From: a bacterium | GTDB taxonomy: Bacteria; JAAXHH01 | Assembly (NCBI GenBank): GCA_963665755.1 | Contig: OY762445.1 | Location: 3,686,590-3,750,589 of the forward strand | Length of the DNA stretch: 64,000 nucleotides | Direction of reading: 5' to 3' | Shown here: positions 58,124-64,000 of the stretch, piece by piece | How positions within the stretch are numbered: the first letter of the stretch is position 1 | Layout: each line of letters starts with the position of its first letter | Made by a program: the position numbers and the translations under genes | Notes under the pieces: model-generated | Seen by the model: only the letters and a program-made list of their open reading frames with translations | Databases searched by the model: none | Told to the model about the DNA's origin: nothing

Positions 58124-58522
58124 TCAGAAGACGTTGAAGAAAGCGAAGACGACCAGACAGATCAGACCGAGGAAGAAAGCCAGTAACGCGAGGCGGTTAA
58201 CCCACGTCGTGAAACCTGTTGCCCATCCATCCTTCTTGACGTTGTTCCGGACGTTGGCCGTGGTCTTCTTGTAGCCCATTTCGCTGAACACGTACGATGA
58301 GACTGTCGCGGCCAGGGTAATGACCCAGCAGAATGCAAACCACGTAAACAGGTTTTCGTACTGTGGTTCAGGGTTCATGGGGATATGGATTTTGACATAG
58401 AGCGTAATCGGTACTCCCAGGGCACAGATTTTCAGCAGGGCCTGATCCAGACTGGATCGTTGCTTTTCAGTTTTCTCACGGAGGATCGTTAAGACTTCAT
58501 TTTTTTCAACAGCGTTCATCAT
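58124..58522 (-). CDS. Small membrane protein with two transmembrane helices (hypothetical)
   Basis: Two strongly hydrophobic C-terminal helices. No recognizable family. Confidence 0.4.
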   Translation of the reverse strand: MMNAVEKNEVLTILREKTEKQRSSLDQALLKICALGVPITLYVKIHIPMNPEPQYENLFTWFAFCWVITLAATVSSYVFSEMGYKKTTANVRNNVKKDGWATGFTTWVNRLALLAFFLGLICLVVFAFFNVF

Positions 58523-58530
58523 GGTACCTC

Positions 58531-59193
58531 CTACGCGAACAGTGCATCCATGAAGGAATCCCACGGCCTGGCAACGGAGTCGTCGGTATTGACCGCACTC
58601 CTAATAAAACCCAGGATACCCTTGCCTGTCAAGTCTTCCGCGACCTGGGCGACCACGTTGCCGTCACGCTCCACCGCCCCGATGATCGGGGTCTTGTCGG
58701 TACCACGGCCACGCTTAGAGGTGTTGCCGCCTTCCGGCTCATCGTCCCGCTTGTTGCGTTTGCGGGGCTTGCCGCCGACATACGTTTCATCGGCTTCGAT
58801 AATCCCGGCCAGCATGGGGGCCTGGTCGGATGCCATACCAGCACGGATACGCTGGAGCATGAACCACGCCGTTTTCTGATTCAGGTCCAGGTCGCGGGCC
58901 AGTTGCGGACTGGATATGGACTTCTTGGCATTCACCACCAGGGCAATCGCCGCAAACCACTTCGGCAGGGGGATGTGGGTACCCTGCATGATCGTGCCGG
59001 ACAGGACGTTGAATGAGGACTTGCAATCGTGGCAGTTCCAACGCCCGACACGGCTCTTGAGGTTCGACCGGCGGGCCTTTTCCGTACTGCCGCACAGGGG
59101 ACAGTAGGCGCCGTTTGCAAAGCGGATCGCTTCCAAGTGGTCGATACAGGCTTCTTGTGTCGGGAAGCGGCGGATGGTTTCAAAGAGGTTCAT
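58531..59193 (-). pseudogene. IS1595-family transposase, N-terminal zinc-ribbon/HTH part only (DDE domain missing)
   Basis: MNLFETIRRFPTQEACIDHLEAIRFANGAYCPLCGS...CHDCKSSF is the characteristic IS1595 N-terminus. The ORF stops at about 220 aa, against about 320 aa for an intact transposase. Confidence 0.7.
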
Positions 59194-59472
59194 CGTGTAA
59201 CTCCGTAGAGGGTAAGGGGTTGTTGTCCTTATCTACCCTCAATATACCTCATACGGGACACAATGTCAAGTACAAAACTACTTATTCCGAATGCATTGCA
59301 GTAATCAATGGGAGAATATAGCGTTAATCCGGATAGCACCGATCAGGTTCAGTAGGAGCGAATCCCGGCGATTCATCGGTTCGCGGGTCGGTTTCGAGTC
59401 GCAGACCGCATTGGGCCCCGCGTCGTTATGAACGTTTTCGACCGCAGAAAAACACATACCGCAGGTAAGCAC

Positions 59473-60567
59473 ATGAAGATAACCGGACTGAAAACCTGCT
59501 CCGTCCACGTGAATCACCGGGGAGACTGGACGTTCCTGGCAGTGCATACGGATGAAGGAATAACCGGTTTCGGCGAGGTGAATCCCGGAGGCGCCCGGTC
59601 CGGGAGCGTGGACTTCCTGCAACAAGTCGAACCGGTTCTCGCCGGTCGCGACCCCGGCAGCATCGAACGCATCCTGGCCGAACTCCTGCCTTCACCCGCC
59701 GACCGGTCGAAAGTGATGGCCCTGAGCGCCCTCGACCAGGCCCTGTGGGACATCAAGGGCAAGGCCCTGGGCGTGCCCGTGGCGGACATCATCGGGGGAC
59801 GATGCCATGATGAGATACCCCTCTATGCCAACATCAACCGGGCCACGACCGACCGGACGCCCGCGGGGTTCGCACGGAACGCGGCCGCCGCGGTTTCGGA
59901 TGGATTCGACGCCGTAAAACTGGCCCCTTTCGACGGGATGCCGGGCGGCATCGACCGGGCCTCCGACGCTCGCGAAGGCATTGCCTGCATGGAAGCGGTG
60001 CGTGAATCGATCGGTCCGGACGTCTCCCTGTTGATCGACTGCCACAGCCACTTCACCGCCCGGGGCGGATGCGAGGTATACGATGCCCTCAGGGACCTGG
60101 ACCTTTACTGGTACGAGGAACCCGTGCCCGACGAAGACCACGAGGGCTACCGGGCCATCCGGGATCATATCGACGTGCCGCTGGCCGGAGGCGAAAGCCT
60201 GATGTACCGGGAGGGGTTCTGGCCCGTGGTGGACCGGGGTCTGATGGACGTCATCATGCCGGACGTGACGATCGTGGGCGGACTGTGGGAACTGAAGAAG
60301 GTCGCCGCCATGGCCGAAGGCAGGGGGATTCCCACCGCGCCGCACGGACCCTTCGGTCCCTTGACCATCGCGGCAGGCGTTCAGGCCATGGCCGCCCATC
60401 CCCGCTTTCAGATCCTGGAATACGCCTGGGGGGAGGTGCCGTGGCGGCACGAATTGATCGTACCGCCGGAGCGGATCGAGGACGGCAGGATCCGGGTATC
60501 CGACCGGCCCGGTCTCGGTGTCGAACTGAACATGAAAGCCATCGATGCGTACCGGGTAGTCCGGTAG
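59473..60567 (+). CDS. Enolase-superfamily enzyme (mandelate racemase/muconate-lactonizing enzyme family; dehydratase or dipeptide epimerase)
   Basis: Conserved metal ligands: KLAPFD ... DCHSH ... EEP. Confidence 0.75.
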   Translation: MKITGLKTCSVHVNHRGDWTFLAVHTDEGITGFGEVNPGGARSGSVDFLQQVEPVLAGRDPGSIERILAELLPSPADRSKVMALSALDQALWDIKGKALGVPVADIIGGRCHDEIPLYANINRATTDRTPAGFARNAAAAVSDGFDAVKLAPFDGMPGGIDRASDAREGIACMEAVRESIGPDVSLLIDCHSHFTARGGCEVYDALRDLDLYWYEEPVPDEDHEGYRAIRDHIDVPLAGGESLMYREGFWPVVDRGLMDVIMPDVTIVGGLWELKKVAAMAEGRGIPTAPHGPFGPLTIAAGVQAMAAHPRFQILEYAWGEVPWRHELIVPPERIEDGRIRVSDRPGLGVELNMKAIDAYRVVR

Positions 60568-60589
60568 CCGGCGCGGAAAGGCGTGCCGC

Positions 60590-61315
60590 CTACTTCCCGG
60601 CGATGGCCGCCTTGATCGCTTCCTCGAATTCGGCTTTCGTCTGGTTGTTCACGAATCGTTTCGTGACCTTGCCGTCCCGACCGACCACGAACGTATGGGG
60701 TATGGTCAGCACGTTGCCATAGGCCTGGTAGGTCTTGCGGTCCGATTCCACGATGGGATAGGTAATGTTGAGCTTCTCGACGAAGGGTTCCGTGATGGAA
60801 AGCCCTTCTTCGTCGAGTGAGAGTCCCAGCACCTCGACCCCCTGGTCCCGGTAAGTCCTGAAGAGTTCGTCCAGCACCGGCATTTCCACCAGGCAGGGCG
60901 GGCACCAGGTTGCCCAGAAGTTCACCACGACCACTTTCCCTTTCAATGCGGACAGACTGGCCTCGCCGCCGCCGAGCACCGGCAGGTTGAAATCCGGCGC
61001 GGCGCTTCCCTCTTTCAGCATGAGCCGGGCTTCGATCGCCTTCAACTCGGCCACGACGGCCGCTCGGATGCGGGGAACCATGTCGGGCGTCACCTGGATC
61101 CCCAGTTCCTGGTATACGGCCATGGCCGTTTCCCGACCGAAATTCGGCTTGCCGGCCTTGGATTCGGAGACCTGCTCCATGATGTAGGCGACGATCTTCT
61201 CTTCGTCCCCGGTCAGGGCCTGTTCATCCTGATCCGTGGCCTGCGCCTGCAAGGGAGACAGGATGGCAGCCGCGGCGAAGATGGTGCACAACAGTGTCGT
61301 TGAAATCCTGCTCAC
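60590..61315 (-). CDS. TlpA-family periplasmic thiol:disulfide oxidoreductase
   Basis: Signal peptide; thioredoxin-fold WATWCPPC active site. Confidence 0.85.
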   Translation of the reverse strand: MSRISTTLLCTIFAAAAILSPLQAQATDQDEQALTGDEEKIVAYIMEQVSESKAGKPNFGRETAMAVYQELGIQVTPDMVPRIRAAVVAELKAIEARLMLKEGSAAPDFNLPVLGGGEASLSALKGKVVVVNFWATWCPPCLVEMPVLDELFRTYRDQGVEVLGLSLDEEGLSITEPFVEKLNITYPIVESDRKTYQAYGNVLTIPHTFVVGRDGKVTKRFVNNQTKAEFEEAIKAAIAGK

Positions 61316-61409
61316 GCTATCCTCCAGTACGATGGGTTGTTCTATGTGTTTTCAAGCAAACCGCGTTTGCGCCTTGGATTGCCGTAACGCAGTACCGCGG
61401 ACTCGAAAC

Positions 61410-61763
61410 TCAGGTCTTGCTGCTTGCCTGCTCGGTCTTTTCCGCCTTTTTCAGCAGTTCGTTGAAGTTCATCTCGAAGTTCGCCAGGTCGCTTCGGTCC
61501 ACGATCGTGGCGGCCGCCACGCCCACGGCGATGGCCACTGCTTCCCGGATTTCCGCGCCGTCGGCGCCGTACTTCATGGCTTTCTTCAGATGGCCTTCCA
61601 GGCAGTTGTGACATCCCGCGCTCAGTGATGCGGCTATGGCGATCAGCTCCTTGGTCTTGTTGTCGAGCGCGGTACCCTGGCGGTACGTTTCCCGGTAGAA
61701 ATCGAAGTAGATATCCTTCATGCGTTCTTCCAGCAACTCGTATGACCTCAGAACCTTACCCAC
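61410..61763 (-). CDS. Carboxymuconolactone decarboxylase/AhpD-like family protein
   Basis: AhpD-core CxxC-type motif (SAGCHNCLEGH). Confidence 0.75.
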   Translation of the reverse strand: MGKVLRSYELLEERMKDIYFDFYRETYRQGTALDNKTKELIAIAASLSAGCHNCLEGHLKKAMKYGADGAEIREAVAIAVGVAAATIVDRSDLANFEMNFNELLKKAEKTEQASSKT

Positions 61764-62041
61764 GTATCTTTCCTCCGTAATCCCGTCCGAAGCGGGATGT
61801 CGCCTTCGGTTTCGTTTCCCCTGACCGCAAATACCATGCCGTGTATGACCGGACGCGAACCTGCGAAATCGTATCTAGTTGAGTATTCAATATCCAGCCG
61901 CGAATATTCAAACTTATGCCCGCGGAACTACATGCATACTAAGGCGCGTACCGGTCCTGCGCAATGTGATTCTATGTATCCACCGGCCGGCGACGTGGTT
62001 CTGCCGGGCGGTACCCGGTCACCCAGGCAGGTGATTCGAGC

Positions 62042-63871
62042 CTATTCCGGATGGAAATACCGGTAGACTTTCCGTGCCGCGTCTTTGCCGACGCCCTTGA
62101 CCGCGGTGAGTTCCTCTTCGGTGCACTTTCTGATCTCTTCCACGGACCCGATCGCCATGATCAAATGTTGTTTCCGCTTGGGCCCCACGCCGGGTATGTT
62201 GTCCAATTCGGAGCGGATCATCCGGTTTCCCCGTCGTTGCCGGTGAAATGTGACGGCGAACCGGTGGGCCTCGTCCCTGGCCTGCATGAGCATTTTCAGG
62301 GCGGGGGACGACCTTGGAATGACGATTGGTTCGGATTGGCCAGGACGGAATACTTCCTCCAGCCGCTTCGCAAGGCCGATGACGGGCAGATCGACCAGGC
62401 CGAGTTCGTTCAGGACCTGCCGGACGCTGGAGAGCTGTCCCTTTCCGCCGTCGATGAGCACGAGGTCGGGTAGAGGCTTGCTTTCGTCGATCAACCGCCG
62501 GTAACGCCGGCCGACGACTTCCTGCATCATGGCGAAGTCATTGGGACCGATCACGTCCCTGACCTTGAATTTCCGGTAGTCGGACTTGCGGGGGCGGCCG
62601 TCCACGAAACAGACCATGGAGGCCACCGGGTCCGATCCCTGGATGTTGGAGATGTCGAAAGTCTCGATGCGCCTCGGCGGGACGTCGGTTCCCAGGATCT
62701 CCTGCAGCGCCCCTACCGCGACCGGGATACTGCGGCGGACCCGGGCTTCGGCCCGTTTCAGCGCGTGGGTATTCAACTGCAGTTCGGCGTTCTGTACGGC
62801 CAGCCGGACCATGGCGGCCTTATCGCCGCGTCGGGGTACGGCGATTTCGACTTTGGATCCCCGCTGCCGGGCCGTCCATTCCCGGAACGCCTCGATACCT
62901 TCCGGTTCGCCGGCCAGCAGAATCTCGTCGGGCCAAAGTTGGGCTGCGAGGTAGTACTGGGTCAGAAAGGCGCCCAACGTTTCCGGCTCCGCGGACTCCT
63001 CGGGCGCTGTCAGGAAGAAGTGCTCCTTGCCAATCAGCCTGCCCTCCCTTACCTGCAACACCGCCCCGCAGACGTCGGTTCCGTTCCGCGCGAGCCCGAT
63101 AATGTCCCGGTCCACTTCCCGGTTCGAGAAAGCCCGTTGCCGAATAGTCGTTTTCTCGATGGCGACGATCTGGTCGCGGATGCGACCCGCCAGTTCGAAC
63201 TGCAGTTGCTCCGACGCCCGCGCCATGCGTTCCTTCAGTTGTTTCAGCAGATCCTTCGTCCTGCCGGAGAGAAACCGGCAGACCTGGTCGATGATCTCGC
63301 CGTATCCTTCCTCGCCGATGTGGCCCTTGCACGGTCCGGGACAGCGGTCGATGTAGTAGTCGAGGCAGGGCCGGTCCATGGACGGCCACGCGTTCGCGCT
63401 CGGGCAGGTGCGCAGAGGAAAGACTTTCCGGACCAGGTCGATGGTCCTGCGCATGGCCTTCACGTTGGTGTAGGGTCCGAAGTACCTGGCCCCGTCCTGC
63501 CGGACGTTGCGCGTGACCACGACCCTGGGGTAGGTCTCGTTGGTCAGCATGATGAAGGGAAAGGACTTGTCGTCGCGCAGCATCACATTGTATCGCGGCC
63601 TGTGCTCCTTGATGAGGTGGTCTTCGAGCAGCAGTGCGTCGGCTTCCGATTCGGTCACAACGTAGTCGAAATCATGAATCCGGCTGGCCAGGGCGACCGA
63701 TTTCGGCGCTGTGTGGCGGTTTTTCTGGAAGTACGAGCGGATCCGCTGGCGCAGCGCGCGCGTTTTGCCCACGTAGATGATGCGCGAACGGGTGTCTTTC
63801 ATCAAGTACACGCCCGGCTCGCCGGGCAGCGACTTGAGTTTTTCTTCAATTTCCGTCGGTTTCGCAGCCAT
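62042..63871 (-). CDS. uvrC: Excinuclease ABC subunit C
   Basis: GIY-YIG N-terminus (GVYLMKD...IIYVGK), a UvrBC-interaction region, and RNase H-like and HhH C-terminal domains. Start placed at MAAKPTEIEE. Confidence 0.92.
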   Translation of the reverse strand: MAAKPTEIEEKLKSLPGEPGVYLMKDTRSRIIYVGKTRALRQRIRSYFQKNRHTAPKSVALASRIHDFDYVVTESEADALLLEDHLIKEHRPRYNVMLRDDKSFPFIMLTNETYPRVVVTRNVRQDGARYFGPYTNVKAMRRTIDLVRKVFPLRTCPSANAWPSMDRPCLDYYIDRCPGPCKGHIGEEGYGEIIDQVCRFLSGRTKDLLKQLKERMARASEQLQFELAGRIRDQIVAIEKTTIRQRAFSNREVDRDIIGLARNGTDVCGAVLQVREGRLIGKEHFFLTAPEESAEPETLGAFLTQYYLAAQLWPDEILLAGEPEGIEAFREWTARQRGSKVEIAVPRRGDKAAMVRLAVQNAELQLNTHALKRAEARVRRSIPVAVGALQEILGTDVPPRRIETFDISNIQGSDPVASMVCFVDGRPRKSDYRKFKVRDVIGPNDFAMMQEVVGRRYRRLIDESKPLPDLVLIDGGKGQLSSVRQVLNELGLVDLPVIGLAKRLEEVFRPGQSEPIVIPRSSPALKMLMQARDEAHRFAVTFHRQRRGNRMIRSELDNIPGVGPKRKQHLIMAIGSVEEIRKCTEEELTAVKGVGKDAARKVYRYFHPE

Positions 63872-64000
63872 AGGATGGTTTTCCGTACGCCGATAGCCGG
63901 TTTTTCGAATCGCCCGATCATGCCGGATGGTCAATTTAACCTTGACTTCCGGCATTCTCACGGGTAATTTGACGTTTGTTTCGAGCGAACCGTACAACAG

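Larger units (their letters stand above)
56681..59298. mobile_element. Inverted-repeat-bounded 2.6-kb cassette carrying a methyltransferase-HNH gene, a small membrane-protein gene and an IS1595-family transposase remnant
   Basis: Left end 56681-56710 is AATGCATTCGGGAATAGTAGTTTTGTACTT. The reverse complement of 59269-59298 is AATGCATTCGGAATAAGTAGTTTTGTACTT, a 30-bp inverted repeat with a single indel-type difference. The interior is AT-richer than the flanking DNA. Confidence 0.7.

Noticed and set aside
58124-59193. Treating the IS1595 transposase ORF as an intact transposase
   Set aside because: It ends after about 220 aa, and the downstream ORF is a hydrophobic two-helix protein rather than a DDE domain. 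The catalytic domain is missing.
1-64000. tRNA or rRNA genes and CRISPR arrays
   Set aside because: No T-loop-like GGTTCGAATCC-type elements or cloverleaf candidates were seen in the intergenic regions, including the island border at 35.6-36.2 kb. None of the tandem repeats has a repeat-spacer organisation; they are contiguous duplications without unique spacers.

Overview
High-GC bacterial chromosomal window, most likely from a Gram-negative heterotroph (it carries SurA and SecD). About 60 genes are densely packed. The conserved housekeeping genes are rdgB, rph, ptsN-like, purC, mfd, surA, holB, metG, tatD, rsmA, pdxJ, secD-like, sdhCAB, hisD, hisI and uvrC. Between these sit two sulfatase plus Gfo/Idh/MocA oxidoreductase modules and several PhyH-dioxygenase and SDR genes, which suggests catabolism of sulfated glycans. 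The ORF track does not explain two lower-GC accessory segments. The first is a roughly 10-kb decayed defense island at about 25.7-35.6 kb. It holds a small antitoxin-like gene next to a 3'-truncated vapC, and a Type III restriction-modification (R-M) mod-res pair. The mod gene is split by an IS630-family insertion at a CTAG site; removing the IS restores the reading frame exactly. The island also holds a frameshifted Mrr-like nuclease gene and an AbiEii-like nucleotidyltransferase paired with an unusual nuclease-plus-HTH partner. The second segment is a roughly 2.6-kb cassette at 56.68-59.30 kb, bounded by 30-bp inverted repeats. It carries a DNA methyltransferase-HNH endonuclease fusion gene containing an in-frame run of 16 G, a small membrane protein, and the N-terminal remnant of an IS1595 transposase. 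Other notable items are a convergent pair of paralogous ~650-aa polytopic membrane proteins of unknown function, a 3 x 71-bp tandem repeat that copies the purC 3' end, and recurrent short tandem repeats in intergenic regions. No rRNA, tRNA or CRISPR array could be supported.
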